From assembly GCA_040386535.1 (NCBI GenBank), contig JAZKFH010000003.1, positions 96,001 through 160,000 of the forward strand: DNA of 64,000 nt, in the 5' to 3' direction. Under the pieces are notes generated by a model. It ran no database searches. It was not told where the DNA came from and saw only the letters and a list, made by a program, of their open reading frames with translations. The DNA comes from Myxococcota bacterium (lineage in GTDB: Bacteria > Myxococcota_A > UBA796 > SXON01). The number at the start of each line of letters is the position of its first letter. The first letter of the stretch is position 1. Positions 38,351 through 49,310 of this stretch are shown here, one piece after another. The position numbers and the translations under genes were made by a program.

Positions 38351-40291
38351 ATGCACCGCGCCCGAAACCCGCTGACGCCGCCCCCTCGGCGCAGGGCGTG
38401 GTGGTGCGTGGGCCTCGCGAGCGGCTGGCTCGCGGCGTGCGCGCCCACCGGTGAGGACACCGCGCCGCTCGAGGTCGTCCTGGTCGACGAGGACGGGGAC
38501 GGCTGGCCGCTCCCGCTCGATTGTGACGACGCGCTGGTCGGGGTCCACCCCGGCGCCGCCGAGCGCTGCAACGGGAGCGACGACGATTGTGACGGCCAGG
38601 TGGACGACCATCCGGCGGACGGCGTCTGGGGCTGGCTCGACATGGATCGTGACGGCTGGGGCGATCCCGCGACGCGGGACCTCTGGTGCGGGGACTTCGA
38701 GGACGAGCCGCTCCCCTGGGTCACGAACGATGGCGACTGTGACGACGGGGACCGCAGGGTCCACCCCTTCACGTTGGAGACCTGCGAAGAGCCGGCGGAC
38801 GAGAACTGCGACGGCTCCACGAACGACGCGGGCGCCCAGGGCTGCGTGCCCTGGTACGAGGATCTCGACGGGGACGGCGTGGGCGTCGAGCGGTCGGCGT
38901 GCCTGTGCGAGGCCGAGGGCAACTACCGCGCGCCGGTCGACGGGGACTGCGACGACGAGGACAGCTCGAAGGTCGAAGGATGCGGGCTCTCCGGGGCGCG
39001 CACCCTCGGCGCCGGGGAGTCAGCCATCGTCGGCGCGGCGGCAGGGGACTCCGCGGGCACGTCGCTCGCCCGCGCCGGCGATCCCGACGGGGACGGCTGG
39101 CCCGACCTGCTCGTCGGCGCCCCGGAGGACCGCGCCCGCCCGAGCTGGGTGCTGTTGCGCGGCCCGTTCGACGGCGACAAGGATCTGCGCGCTCCGAGCG
39201 CCACGTTCAACGAGACCATCCTGAACACCGCGCCGCTGCTGACGATGGCCGGCGGCGTGGATCTCGACGGAGACGGCGCCGACGAGCTGGTGCTCGGCGC
39301 GTACGGCACGGTCCCCGAGGGCGCCTGGACCGGCCTGGTCTACATCCTCGGGGGCGGCGACTCCGGCACGGTCGACTTGAGCTACGCGGACGCCCGGTTC
39401 GACAGCGCGCGGACCACGTCGCGCCACACGATCCGGGTGGCGGTCTCGCCCGACACCGACGGGGACGGCATCGGCGACCTGATCATCGGCGGCACCTGGA
39501 ACAACTCGGTGTGGCTCTTCTCGGGCCCGGTGGAGGGCGCGTTCACGCCGACCTCGGCCGCGTGCTCGATCCAAGGCGTGATCGGGGAGATGGGGAGCGC
39601 CGTGGCGGCCGCGGGCGACGTGGACGGGGACGGGCTCGGCGATCTGCTCGCCGGCGCCCCGCTGCACGGGACCTCGGCCGAGGGCGCCGTGTTGCTGGTC
39701 TCCGGCGGCACGACCGGCAGCGTCGGGGCGGAGGACGCGACCGCGGTCCTCTGGGGCCCGGTCCCGAGGTCCGTGGCCGGGGCGACCGTGGCGGGCCCCG
39801 GCGACATCGATGGCGACGGCTACGATGACGTGCTCGTCGGCGGCCCGACCGACGTCGACGGCGCCGTCCAGGCCGGCAGCGTCTGGCTCGTGCGGGGGCC
39901 CCTCGCGGGCGCGATCTCGCTGTTCGACGCGGACGCCCGCATCGACGGGGGGGCCGCCTTCGACGCCTCGTACAGCATCGAGCAGGCGGGCGATCTGGAC
40001 GGAGACGGCGCCGCCGACCTCGCCATCGGCTCCCCGGGCGACGACACGAAGGCCGACGGCGCGGGCGCCGTCTTCGTCTTCTTCGGGCCGGTGCAGGGCA
40101 CCGCACGCAACACCGACGGCGACCTTCGCCTCTACGGGGCCGCCGCGAGCGACGCCGCGGGGATGGTGCTCACCGGCGCTGGAGACCTCGACATGGACGG
40201 CTTCGACGATCTCGTCCTCGGCGTGCCCGGCATGGACCTCGGCGGGCGGGACGCCGGCGGCGCGTTCGTCGTGCGCGGCGGTGCACGATGA
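38351..40291 (+). CDS. Lipoprotein with MopE-like repeats and an FG-GAP beta-propeller
   Basis: WLAAC lipobox; CDD...ERCNGSDDDCDG repeats; GDxDGDG FG-GAP repeats. Start uncertain (38291 or 38351). Confidence 0.88.
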   Translation: MHRARNPLTPPPRRRAWWCVGLASGWLAACAPTGEDTAPLEVVLVDEDGDGWPLPLDCDDALVGVHPGAAERCNGSDDDCDGQVDDHPADGVWGWLDMDRDGWGDPATRDLWCGDFEDEPLPWVTNDGDCDDGDRRVHPFTLETCEEPADENCDGSTNDAGAQGCVPWYEDLDGDGVGVERSACLCEAEGNYRAPVDGDCDDEDSSKVEGCGLSGARTLGAGESAIVGAAAGDSAGTSLARAGDPDGDGWPDLLVGAPEDRARPSWVLLRGPFDGDKDLRAPSATFNETILNTAPLLTMAGGVDLDGDGADELVLGAYGTVPEGAWTGLVYILGGGDSGTVDLSYADARFDSARTTSRHTIRVAVSPDTDGDGIGDLIIGGTWNNSVWLFSGPVEGAFTPTSAACSIQGVIGEMGSAVAAAGDVDGDGLGDLLAGAPLHGTSAEGAVLLVSGGTTGSVGAEDATAVLWGPVPRSVAGATVAGPGDIDGDGYDDVLVGGPTDVDGAVQAGSVWLVRGPLAGAISLFDADARIDGGAAFDASYSIEQAGDLDGDGAADLAIGSPGDDTKADGAGAVFVFFGPVQGTARNTDGDLRLYGAAASDAAGMVLTGAGDLDMDGFDDLVLGVPGMDLGGRDAGGAFVVRGGAR

Positions 40292-43200
40292 GGGCGCGCG
40301 CGACGAGAAGCCTCGTGACGAGACACCTCGCCCTCGGCGCGTGGCTCGGCGCCCTCGCGCTGTCGGGGTGCGAGTGGGTACGCCTCCCCGAGGAGACCGG
40401 CGTCTACGATCTCGACGAGGACGGCTGGTCCTCACTGAACGACTGCGACGACTTCAACAAGAACGCCTTCCCCCAGGCGCACGAGACCTGCAACGGCGTC
40501 GACAACAACTGCAGCGGCTCCGAGGACGACGCCGAGGACGCCGCCCTCTGGTACGCCGACCTCGACTCCGACGGCTACGGAGACCCCGGCGCGTCCACCT
40601 TCGCTTGCGACGCGCCCCCTGGCTACGTCGACTCGCCGATGGACTGCGACGACGGGGATCGGGACGTGTACCCGACCGCCCCCGAGCGCGATTGTGCCGA
40701 TCCGAAGGACTACAACTGCGACGGCTCCCCCTCCTCGTTCGACGGCGACGGCGACGGGTGGAGGGGCTGCGAGGACTGCAACGACGTCGTGAGCACGGTG
40801 TTCCCGGGCGCGCCGGAGGCGTGCAACGGCGCGGACGACGACTGCGACGGCATCGTCGACAACATGGACGGGGGGGACGACGCCCCGTTGCGGACGTGGT
40901 GGCTCGACGCGGACGCGGACGGCTGGGGCGGCCCCGACGTGTCCGTGGAGGCCTGCGGCCGGCCCACCGGCTTCTCCGCCACCGACACCGACTGTGACGA
41001 CCTCGACGCCACGCGCCACCCCGACGCCCCCGAGGCGTGTGACGGCGACGACAACGACTGTGACGGCGTCGTCGACGAGCCGGACCGCTTCGGGAACACC
41101 CGCTGGTACGCGGACGTGGACCAGGACGGCTACGGCGACGACGACGCGTGGGAATCGTCGTGTGAGCCCCTGCCCGATCGGTTGGCGGTCGCGGGGGACT
41201 GTGACGACGCGGACCCCGCGATCAACCCAGACGCCGTCGAGATCTGCGATGGGGTCGACCAGGATTGTGACGCCGTCACGGACGACCACGCGACCGACCG
41301 CGCCCCCTGGTACATGGATCGCGACCGCGACAGCTGGGGTGACCCCGAGGTCGTCGTCTTCGCCTGCCTCCAGCCCACCAACTTCGTGGAGAACGACGGC
41401 GACTGTGACGACGACGATGTGCGCGTCAACCCCGACGCGTCGGAGCGGTGCGGGGGCGTCGACGAGGACTGTGACGGCGAGCTGGACGAGGCCGGCGCGC
41501 TCGACGGGCTCCCCTGGTACGCCGACCTCGACGGGGACGGCTGGGGCGACGACGCGGACGTGGAGTCGGCGTGCGCCGCGGTGGCCGACCGTGTCGCCCT
41601 CGGCGGCGACTGTGACGACGCCGACACCACCTTCAACCCGGGCGCGCTCGAGATCGACTGCTCCGATCCCGCCGACTACAACTGCGACGGGTCGGTCGGC
41701 CGCGCAGACGCCGACGGCGACGGGTGGATCGCCTGCCAGGACTGCGACGACGCGTCCACCGTGCGGAACCCCGACGCGACCGAGACCTGCAACGAGCTCG
41801 ACGACGATTGCGACGGCGACACCGACGAGGACGCCCCCGGCGCCGTCACCTGGTACGCGGACGCCGACGGCGACGGGTTCGGGGATGCCGGCGGCGATGG
41901 GGACGAGAGCCTCGCCGCGTGCGAACAGCCCGACGGCTACGTGGCCGACGAGACGGACTGCGACGACACCGACGCCGCCGTGTCCCCGGACGCGACCGAG
42001 CGCTGCGGCACACCCGACGACGATGACTGCGACGGCGAGGCCAACCGGGGCGCGTCCGACTGCCTCGACTTCTACGCGGACATGGACGAGGACAACTTCG
42101 GCGACGGCGTGGCCTGCCTCTGCGAAGCCGAGGCCCCCTACACCGCTTCGGACGACGGCGACTGTGACGACGCCGACCCCACCAGCCACCCCGACGGCGT
42201 CGAGGTGTGCGGCGACGGCGGAGACAACGACTGTGACGGGCTCGCGCCCGGGTGCGGCGTCGCGGGTGAGCTGGCGTTGGCCGACGCCGGCGCGAAGCTG
42301 ACGGGCCTCGGCGCGGACGACCGGTTCGGCAGCGGGGTGTTCAGCCCCGGTGACCTCGACGGGGACGGCTACGCCGATGTGCTCGTGGGCGCGCCCGGCG
42401 CGGACGACGGCGCCGCCGATGCCGGTGCGGTGTACCTCTTCTCGGGTCCGCTCCCGGCCGCGGGCACAGCCGCCGACGCGACGTCGAGCTGGCTCGGGGT
42501 GACCGCGGGCGACGGCGTGGGATCCGCGCTGGCCGCGGGGGATGTCGACGGAGACGGCGTGACCGATCTCGTGTTCGGTGCGAGCCTGGAGAGCTCGGCC
42601 GGCGGGACCGCGGGCGCGGTCTACCTCCTGCGGGGTCCGCTCGCCGGCGGGAGCCTCGCGGACGCCGACAGCCGCCTCCTCGGCACCGACGCGGCCGACA
42701 ACGCAGGCACGTCCGTCGCTGTTCTCGACGACGCCGACCTCGACGGCGACGGCGAGCTCGCCGTGGGCGCGCACCGGGAGACCTTCCGCAGCGGGGGCGC
42801 TGGCGTCGTCTACGTCTTCGACGCGGTCCCGAGCGGTGGGAGCTCCCTCGACGCCGCGGCGGTCGCCATCCTCACCGGCGGGGGCGCGGGCGACTTCTTC
42901 GGCCGCGCGGTCACCGCGGCGGGTGACCTCGACGGCGACGGCCTCGGGGATCTCGCGGTGGGCGCGTACGGCGCGGGCAGCGGCGGCGGCGACTCGGGCG
43001 CCGTCTACGTGTACCTCGGGCCCTACGCCGGCCTGGTGCCGGTCGCCTCGGCGGACGCCGTGCGCGTGGGCGCCTCCGGCGGAGACAGCGCCGGGTTCGC
43101 GGTCGCGGGCGGCGGCGACGTCGACCGTGACGGCTACGACGACCTCGTGGTCGGCGCCCTGAGCAACGACGAGGGCGGCAGGGGCGCTGGCGCCGCGTAC

Positions 43201-43599
43201 GTGATCCTCGGGCCGGTCACCGGTAGCGGCGATCTCGACGCCGAGATCACCCTCCTCGGCGAGGCCGCCAACGACGGCGCGGGGGAAGCTGTGGCCCTCG
43301 GAGACCTCGACGACGACGGCTTCGCGGACGTGGTCGTGAGCGGCTACGGCAGCGCGCACGGCACCACGGGCGCCGTCTGGACCGCGTACGGCCCGTTGGC
43401 GGGCGTCTTGTCCCTCGCCGACGCCGAGTCCGTCGCCCTCGGCGAGGACACGAACGACCACGCGGGCAACGCGGTCCGCGTCGCGGGCGACGTGGATGGC
43501 GACGGCTACCCCGACCTGCTCGCGGCGGCCGTCGATGAGGACAGCGCCGCTGCCGACGCGGGCGCTGTCTACCTGCTGGGTGGAGGGCCGGGGCTGTAG
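40288..43599 (+). CDS. Large lipoprotein with many MopE-like repeats and an FG-GAP beta-propeller
   Basis: ALSGC lipobox; about 11 Cys/Asp repeats (WYADxDGDG.G, DCDD, E.C.G.D.DCDG); seven FG-GAP repeats. Confidence 0.9.
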   Translation: MRARATRSLVTRHLALGAWLGALALSGCEWVRLPEETGVYDLDEDGWSSLNDCDDFNKNAFPQAHETCNGVDNNCSGSEDDAEDAALWYADLDSDGYGDPGASTFACDAPPGYVDSPMDCDDGDRDVYPTAPERDCADPKDYNCDGSPSSFDGDGDGWRGCEDCNDVVSTVFPGAPEACNGADDDCDGIVDNMDGGDDAPLRTWWLDADADGWGGPDVSVEACGRPTGFSATDTDCDDLDATRHPDAPEACDGDDNDCDGVVDEPDRFGNTRWYADVDQDGYGDDDAWESSCEPLPDRLAVAGDCDDADPAINPDAVEICDGVDQDCDAVTDDHATDRAPWYMDRDRDSWGDPEVVVFACLQPTNFVENDGDCDDDDVRVNPDASERCGGVDEDCDGELDEAGALDGLPWYADLDGDGWGDDADVESACAAVADRVALGGDCDDADTTFNPGALEIDCSDPADYNCDGSVGRADADGDGWIACQDCDDASTVRNPDATETCNELDDDCDGDTDEDAPGAVTWYADADGDGFGDAGGDGDESLAACEQPDGYVADETDCDDTDAAVSPDATERCGTPDDDDCDGEANRGASDCLDFYADMDEDNFGDGVACLCEAEAPYTASDDGDCDDADPTSHPDGVEVCGDGGDNDCDGLAPGCGVAGELALADAGAKLTGLGADDRFGSGVFSPGDLDGDGYADVLVGAPGADDGAADAGAVYLFSGPLPAAGTAADATSSWLGVTAGDGVGSALAAGDVDGDGVTDLVFGASLESSAGGTAGAVYLLRGPLAGGSLADADSRLLGTDAADNAGTSVAVLDDADLDGDGELAVGAHRETFRSGGAGVVYVFDAVPSGGSSLDAAAVAILTGGGAGDFFGRAVTAAGDLDGDGLGDLAVGAYGAGSGGGDSGAVYVYLGPYAGLVPVASADAVRVGASGGDSAGFAVAGGGDVDRDGYDDLVVGALSNDEGGRGAGAAYVILGPVTGSGDLDAEITLLGEAANDGAGEAVALGDLDDDGFADVVVSGYGSAHGTTGAVWTAYGPLAGVLSLADAESVALGEDTNDHAGNAVRVAGDVDGDGYPDLLAAAVDEDSAAADAGAVYLLGGGPGL

Positions 43600-43617
43600 C
43601 CCCCGCCCCACGACTCC

Positions 43618-45153
43618 CTACTTCCGCTGCTTCTTCCGGGCCTTGCGCGCGTCCTTCGTCTTGGCCCGGCGCGCGGCCAAGTCTTCCTTGGAGAAGGCCG
43701 GGAGCAGGGGCATCCCGCCCTCCCCGCCGACGCCAGCGCCCATGCCCATCGCGCCGGCGCCGCCGCCCAGCCCGCTGGCCTGCGCCATCTGCGCCATCTG
43801 GCGCTGCATCTGCTTGGCCTGCTTCATGTTGCCGAACATGCCGGACATGGTGCCGACCTGCTTCATCATCTGGCGGGTCATCTTGAAGCGCTCGTAGAGC
43901 TCCTTGACCTCCTGGAAGCTGCGGCCGGAGCCCTTCGCGATGCGCTTCATCCGCGAGTCGTTCAGCTTGTCCGGGAAATGACGCTCCTGGTTCGTCATCG
44001 ACTGGATCATGGCCTCGACCTTGACGAGCTCGTTGTCGTCGAGCGCCTCGGCGGGCACCTGCGACATGATCTCGTCCATGAAGGGCAGCTTCGCCATCAC
44101 GTCCTTGAGGCTGCCCATGGATTTGATCATCTTGAGCTGCTGCGCGAAGTCGTCGAAGGAGAAGTCCCCCTTCAACATCCGCACGGCGTCCTTCTCGGCA
44201 GTCTCCTTGTCGATGACCTGCTCAAAATCCTTCATCAGGCCGACAACGTCGCCGAACCCGAGGATGCGGCTCGCGAGGCCGGCCGGGCGGAACTCCTCGA
44301 GCTTGTCGAGCCCCTCGCCCATGCCGAGGAACATCACGGGCTTGCCGGTGACGTGCTTGATCGAGAGGGCGGCGCCGCCACGAGCGTCACCGTCGAACTT
44401 GGTCAGCACGAACCCGGTGAAGGCGAGCCGGCGTTCGAACTCGGCGGCGGTGCGGACGGCGTCCTGGCCGATCATCGCGTCGCACACGAACAGCACGTTC
44501 TGCGGGTTGGTCTTCGCCTTGATCTCGTCGAGCTCGGTCATCAACGTCTCGTCGAGCGCGAGGCGCCCGGCGGTGTCGAAGATGACGACGTCGCGCCCGA
44601 TGTTGCGCGCCTGGGTGACCGCGGCGGTGCAGAGCTGCACCGGGTTCATCCCCTTGATGGAGAAGACCGGCACGTTGAGCTTGCGCCCGATGGTCGTGAG
44701 CTGATCGACGGCGGCGGGCCGGTAGATGTCGGCCGCCACGAGCAGCGGCTTCTTCCCGAGCTTGGCGAGGTGCCGCGCGAGCTTGCCGGCGGTCGTCGTC
44801 TTGCCGGAGCCCTGGAGCCCCACCATCATGATGATCGTGGGCTTGCCGTCCAGCGAGAGCTGCACGTCGGCGGGGCCCATGAGCTCCTCGAGCTCGTCGT
44901 AGCAGGCCTTGATGAAGTAATCGGCTGGCCCGACCTGGAACCCCTTGGGCGCCTTGATCTGGACCACCTTGCCGAGGGTGCGCTCCTTGACGCGCTGGAG
45001 GAAGGCCTTGACGACGTCGAGCTCGACGTCGGCTTCGATGAGCGACACGCGCACATCGCGGAGGGCGTCGGAGACCGACTCCTCCGAGAGCTCGGCCTTG
45101 CCCTGGAGCTTGAGGCGAGCGTTACGGAATCCGCGAGAGAGGGTTTCGAGCAT
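43618..45153 (-). CDS. ffh: Signal recognition particle protein Ffh
   Basis: GLQGSGKTT, DIYRPAA, DTAGRL, TKFDGDARGGAALS and a Met-rich M domain with SRMKRIAKGSG. Confidence 0.98.
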   Translation of the reverse strand: MLETLSRGFRNARLKLQGKAELSEESVSDALRDVRVSLIEADVELDVVKAFLQRVKERTLGKVVQIKAPKGFQVGPADYFIKACYDELEELMGPADVQLSLDGKPTIIMMVGLQGSGKTTTAGKLARHLAKLGKKPLLVAADIYRPAAVDQLTTIGRKLNVPVFSIKGMNPVQLCTAAVTQARNIGRDVVIFDTAGRLALDETLMTELDEIKAKTNPQNVLFVCDAMIGQDAVRTAAEFERRLAFTGFVLTKFDGDARGGAALSIKHVTGKPVMFLGMGEGLDKLEEFRPAGLASRILGFGDVVGLMKDFEQVIDKETAEKDAVRMLKGDFSFDDFAQQLKMIKSMGSLKDVMAKLPFMDEIMSQVPAEALDDNELVKVEAMIQSMTNQERHFPDKLNDSRMKRIAKGSGRSFQEVKELYERFKMTRQMMKQVGTMSGMFGNMKQAKQMQRQMAQMAQASGLGGGAGAMGMGAGVGGEGGMPLLPAFSKEDLAARRAKTKDARKARKKQRK

Positions 45154-45189
45154 GCGCGCGTCTAACCGGTCACGGTTAGGGACGGCACC

Positions 45190-45531
45190 ATGCAGATCGA
45201 AGAGCATCGCTTCCGTCAGATCGTCGTCACCGCCCTCAAGAACATCGCCCACGAGGTCGACGCGATCGATTCGGACGACCTCGACCCCAAGCTGACCGAC
45301 GGCGTCTTCCAGGTCGACTTCGAAACAGGCGGGGTCTTCGTGCTTTCCCAGCAGGTGCCAGTGCGCGAACTGTGGCTCTCCGCCTTCTCCAAGGCGTGGC
45401 ACTTCCGCTACGAGGCCGGGGCCTGGTTCGAGCGGGACACCAACCAGCCGCTGGAGAAGGTGCTCTCCGAGCTGTTCACCAAGCGCCTCGGCAAGCCGAT
45501 CCAGCTGACGAACCCCGGGCCCGCCGCGTAG
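45190..45531 (+). CDS. cyaY: Iron donor protein CyaY (frataxin)
   Basis: DGVFQVDF...FVLSQQVPVRELWLSA...WHFRY motif; 113 aa. Confidence 0.88.
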   Translation: MQIEEHRFRQIVVTALKNIAHEVDAIDSDDLDPKLTDGVFQVDFETGGVFVLSQQVPVRELWLSAFSKAWHFRYEAGAWFERDTNQPLEKVLSELFTKRLGKPIQLTNPGPAA

Positions 45532-46422
45532 GTGCCCCGCGCGCGCGCCAACGGCCTCGAGCTCGAGTACGACAGCTTCGGCGAGGGCCCGGCCATCGTG
45601 CTCGTGATGGGCATCGCCACCCAGATGATCTTCTGGGACGTGGCGTTCTGTCAGGCGCTGGCGGCCCGCGGCTTCCGGGTCATCCGGTTCGACAACCGCG
45701 ACATCGGCTTGTCCACGCACCTCACGGACGCGGGCATCCCTGACCTGCCCCGGCTCGTGGCCCGCGCGATGATGGGCCTCCCGGTGGCGGCGCCCTACAC
45801 CTTGTCCGACATGGCGGCCGACCTCGTGGGCCTCCTCGACGCGCTCGACCTCGAACGCGCCCACATCGTCGGCATCTCGATGGGCGGGATGATCGCGCAG
45901 CACGTCGCCATCGAGGCGCCGGAGCGGGTGGCGTCGCTGACCTCGCTGATGTCGACGGCGGGGGGCCGCCGCCACCTCATCGGCCAGCCGCGCGCGCTCT
46001 CGGCGTTCCTCGGCGCCCGCCCGAAGGGCCGCGAGGAGGGCGCGGAGTTCGTCGTCAAGCTGTTCCGCGTGCTCAACGGCGCGGGGGTCCCCTTCCCCGA
46101 GGCCGAGATCCGCGCCCGGGCCGAAGAAGCCGTGGCCCGGTCGTGGCACCCCGAGGGCTTCCCGCGCCACCTCGCCGCGATCCTCGCCTCCGGCAACCGC
46201 ACACCGGCGCTCGCCCGCGTACGCGTGCCGACCCTGGTCCTCCACGGCGCCGAGGACCCCCTGATCCCCGTGGCCGCGGGCATCGCGACCGCGCGCGCGA
46301 TCCCCAACGCGGCGATGCGCGTGGTCCCGGGCATGGGGCACTCCCTGCCGCCGGCGGTGTGGCCGGAGGTACTCGACGCCTTGGTCGAACACGCCCACGG
46401 CGCCGAGCGCGCGATCCGCTGA
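45532..46422 (+). CDS. Alpha/beta hydrolase
   Basis: RFDNRDIGLS, nucleophile elbow GISMGG, HGAEDPLIP and GMGH motifs. Confidence 0.92.
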   Translation: MPRARANGLELEYDSFGEGPAIVLVMGIATQMIFWDVAFCQALAARGFRVIRFDNRDIGLSTHLTDAGIPDLPRLVARAMMGLPVAAPYTLSDMAADLVGLLDALDLERAHIVGISMGGMIAQHVAIEAPERVASLTSLMSTAGGRRHLIGQPRALSAFLGARPKGREEGAEFVVKLFRVLNGAGVPFPEAEIRARAEEAVARSWHPEGFPRHLAAILASGNRTPALARVRVPTLVLHGAEDPLIPVAAGIATARAIPNAAMRVVPGMGHSLPPAVWPEVLDALVEHAHGAERAIR

Positions 46423-46441
46423 CCGGCGTCCACAGGGCAGC

Positions 46442-46882
46442 CTACGAGCGCCCCGTGCTCCCGAACCCGCGGTCGCCGCGGTGCCCGTCCGGCAGCTCGG
46501 CCACGACGCGCAGCTCCACCAGCGGCACCGGCGCGAACAGGATCTGCGCGATGCGCTCGCCGCGGGTGACCACGAAAGGCGCGGGCCCGTGGTTGATCAG
46601 CGGCACCTTGATCTCGCCGCGGTAGTCGGCGTCGATCGTGCCCGGCGCGTTGAGCACGGTCACGCCGTGTTTCGCCGCGAGCCCGGACCGAGGCCGCACC
46701 TGGCCCTCCCACCCGTCCGGGATGGCCAGGGCGATCCCCGTCGGGACCACCACCCACGCGCCGGCGGGGATCGTGAGATCCTCCGCGGCACGAAGATCGA
46801 AGCCCGCGGAGCCGGGGGTGGCTCGCGCGGGCAGCGGGAGGCCCTCCCCATGGGGGAGGACCTTCACGTCGATCACCAGCAT
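46442..46882 (-). CDS. dut: dUTP diphosphatase
   Basis: [23 protein letters not shown] and [10 protein letters not shown] motifs. Confidence 0.97.
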   Translation of the reverse strand: MLVIDVKVLPHGEGLPLPARATPGSAGFDLRAAEDLTIPAGAWVVVPTGIALAIPDGWEGQVRPRSGLAAKHGVTVLNAPGTIDADYRGEIKVPLINHGPAPFVVTRGERIAQILFAPVPLVELRVVAELPDGHRGDRGFGSTGRS

Positions 46883-46916
46883 TCAGGCTCCAAGCGGTCT
46901 CGGAGGCCCGAGGAGA

Positions 46917-49025
46917 CTAGGTGTCCTCGAGCGCTTCCTTGCGGGACAGGCGGATCTTGCCGGCCTTGTCGATGTCGATCACGCGGACGAGCACCTCGTC
47001 GCCCTCGTTCACCACGTCGGTGACCTTGTTGACGCGCTCCTTGGCGAGGTGGCTGATGTGCACCAGGCCGTCCGTACCGGGGAAGATCTCGACGAAGGCG
47101 CCGAAGTCGGTGACGCGCTTGACCACGCCCACGTACAGCTTGCCGATCTCGGCTTCCGCCGTGATCTCGCGGATCATCGCGATGCACTTGGCGGCCATGA
47201 CCTGGTCGGTCGAGGCCACGTCGACCTTGCCGGAGTCATCGACCGTGATGCGGCAGCCGGTCTTGTCCTGCAGGCCGCGGATCACCTTGCCACCCGGCCC
47301 GATGAGCTCGCGGATCTTGTCGGACTTGATGTGGATCGTCGTGATGCGCGGGGCGTAGATCGACAGCTCGGGACGGGTCGCGGGGAGCGACTTCGCCATC
47401 TCGGCGAGGATGTGGAGCCGGCCCTCGCGCGCCTGGGCGAGCGCGCGGGACATGACCTCACGGGGCACGCCCGAGATCTTCGTGTCCATCTGGAACGCGG
47501 TGATGCCGGTCGTCGTGCCGGTCACCTTGAAGTCCATGTCGCCGAGGTGATCCTCGTCGCCGAGGATGTCGGAGAGGACCGCGAACTCGTCGCCTTCCTT
47601 CACGAGGCCCATCGCGATGCCGGCCACCGCCGCCTTGATCGGCACGCCCGCGTCCATGAGGGCGAGCGTGCTGCCGCACACCGACGCCATCGACGAGGAG
47701 CCGTTGGACTCGAGCACGTCACAGGTCGACCGGATGACGTAGGGGAACGCCTCCTGGGCGGGCATGACGTACTGGAGCGCGCGGTGCGCGAGCGCGCCGT
47801 GGCCGATCTCGCGGCGCTTGGGGCCGCGCATCGGGTAGGCCTCGCCGGTGCAGAACGGCGGGAAGTTGTAGGTCAACATCCAGCGGCGGAAGCTGCCGAA
47901 CGAGCCGGCCGAGTCGATGCGCTGCGCGTCGTCTTCCGTGCCGAGCGCCACGACCACGAGGGCCTGGGTCTCACCGCGGGTGAAGATCGCCGAGCCGTGC
48001 GCGCGGGGGGAGACACCCACCTCGCACCAGATGGGGCGGATCTCGTCGGTCGCGCGGCCGTCGATGCGGATGCCCTTCTCGATGACGCGCTTGCGCATCT
48101 CGGTCTTGACGATCTTGTCGACCACGTCGGAGGCCTGGGCGCCGACGGCGGCGGCGAGGGTCTCGTCCGCGATGCCGGAGGTCGCGGCGGCGACGCCGGC
48201 GACCTTGGCTGCCTTGAACGCGTCACGGCGCTCGGTCTTGCCCGCGACCTCGAGGGCGGCTTGCACGGCGGGGACGGCCACGGCCTTGACCTTCTCGGCC
48301 ACGGCGGCGTCGATGGCGGCGGGCGCCGGGGCGTCGCGCTTGGCCTTGCTGCCGGTCTTGGCGCGGAGCTCGTCGATCGCGGCGCAGATCTTCTTGATCT
48401 CGCCGTGGGCGAGATCGAGCGCGTCCATCATCGCGGCCTCGGAGACCTCCTTGCCGCCACCCTCGACCATGCACACCGAGTCGGACGTGCCGGCGACGAC
48501 GAGGCTCATGTCGGCGAGATCGATCTGCTCGCGGGTCGGGTTGACGATGAACGCCCCCTCGACCCGGCTGACGCGGACACCGGCGCAGGATTGCTTGGCC
48601 GGGATGTCGGACACGTGGAGCGCGGCGGAGGCGCCAGCGATCGAGAGCACGTCGGTCTCGTTGGCGGGGTCGAACGAAACGACGGTCGCGATGACCTGGG
48701 TCTCGTAGCGCCAGGTCTTCGGGAAGAGCGGGCGGATCGGGCGGTCGATGACGCGGCTCACGAGCGTCTCGCGCTCGTTGGCGCGGCCCTCGCGCTTGAA
48801 GAACCCGCCGGGGATCTTGCCGTAGGCGCCGGTGCGATCCATGTACTCGCACGTGAGCGGCATGAAGTCGAAGCGGGTCGGCGCGGTGCCGGCCGTGGCC
48901 GTGCAGAGCACGATGGAGTCGCCCTGGCGGATGGTGACCGCGCCGTGCGCCTGCTTGGCGTACTTGCCGGTCTCGATGATGATGTCGCGGCCGCCGATCT
49001 CGACGGTGACGGAATGGATATCCAT
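46917..49025 (-). CDS. pnp: Polyribonucleotide nucleotidyltransferase (PNPase)
   Basis: [35 protein letters not shown] and DHLGDMDFK motifs, plus KH and S1 domains. Confidence 0.98.
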   Translation of the reverse strand: MDIHSVTVEIGGRDIIIETGKYAKQAHGAVTIRQGDSIVLCTATAGTAPTRFDFMPLTCEYMDRTGAYGKIPGGFFKREGRANERETLVSRVIDRPIRPLFPKTWRYETQVIATVVSFDPANETDVLSIAGASAALHVSDIPAKQSCAGVRVSRVEGAFIVNPTREQIDLADMSLVVAGTSDSVCMVEGGGKEVSEAAMMDALDLAHGEIKKICAAIDELRAKTGSKAKRDAPAPAAIDAAVAEKVKAVAVPAVQAALEVAGKTERRDAFKAAKVAGVAAATSGIADETLAAAVGAQASDVVDKIVKTEMRKRVIEKGIRIDGRATDEIRPIWCEVGVSPRAHGSAIFTRGETQALVVVALGTEDDAQRIDSAGSFGSFRRWMLTYNFPPFCTGEAYPMRGPKRREIGHGALAHRALQYVMPAQEAFPYVIRSTCDVLESNGSSSMASVCGSTLALMDAGVPIKAAVAGIAMGLVKEGDEFAVLSDILGDEDHLGDMDFKVTGTTTGITAFQMDTKISGVPREVMSRALAQAREGRLHILAEMAKSLPATRPELSIYAPRITTIHIKSDKIRELIGPGGKVIRGLQDKTGCRITVDDSGKVDVASTDQVMAAKCIAMIREITAEAEIGKLYVGVVKRVTDFGAFVEIFPGTDGLVHISHLAKERVNKVTDVVNEGDEVLVRVIDIDKAGKIRLSRKEALEDT

Positions 49026-49274
49026 GAAAAAACCTCGTTGGGATGGCCACGATCGATGTGATCGGGCCGTGCTGCGCGCTCCGGTTCGTCCGGGCGCGCG
49101 GGGATCCCCACCGTGAAGGTTCTTTCGGTCCACATGCGCCGTAGACCTGCCCGGAATGAGCTCGAGCCAGGCACCATCCCAATTGATGGTGTGGCCGCGC
49201 TCAGCCCGCGGAGATCTGCGGAGCGGAAGAACCCCTCGGAGGGGGAAAACTGAAGCTGTACGTACAGCAGACTC

Positions 49275-49306
49275 TAAAAGAACGAACGGCAGCCGAAGCT
49301 GCCGTT
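49275..49306 (-). terminator. Intrinsic terminator-like hairpin after rpsO
   Basis: Minus strand reads AACGGCAGC-TTCG-GCTGCCGTT followed by CGTTCTTTT: a 9-bp stem with a C(UUCG)G loop. Confidence 0.8.
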
Positions 49307-49310
49307 TCCT

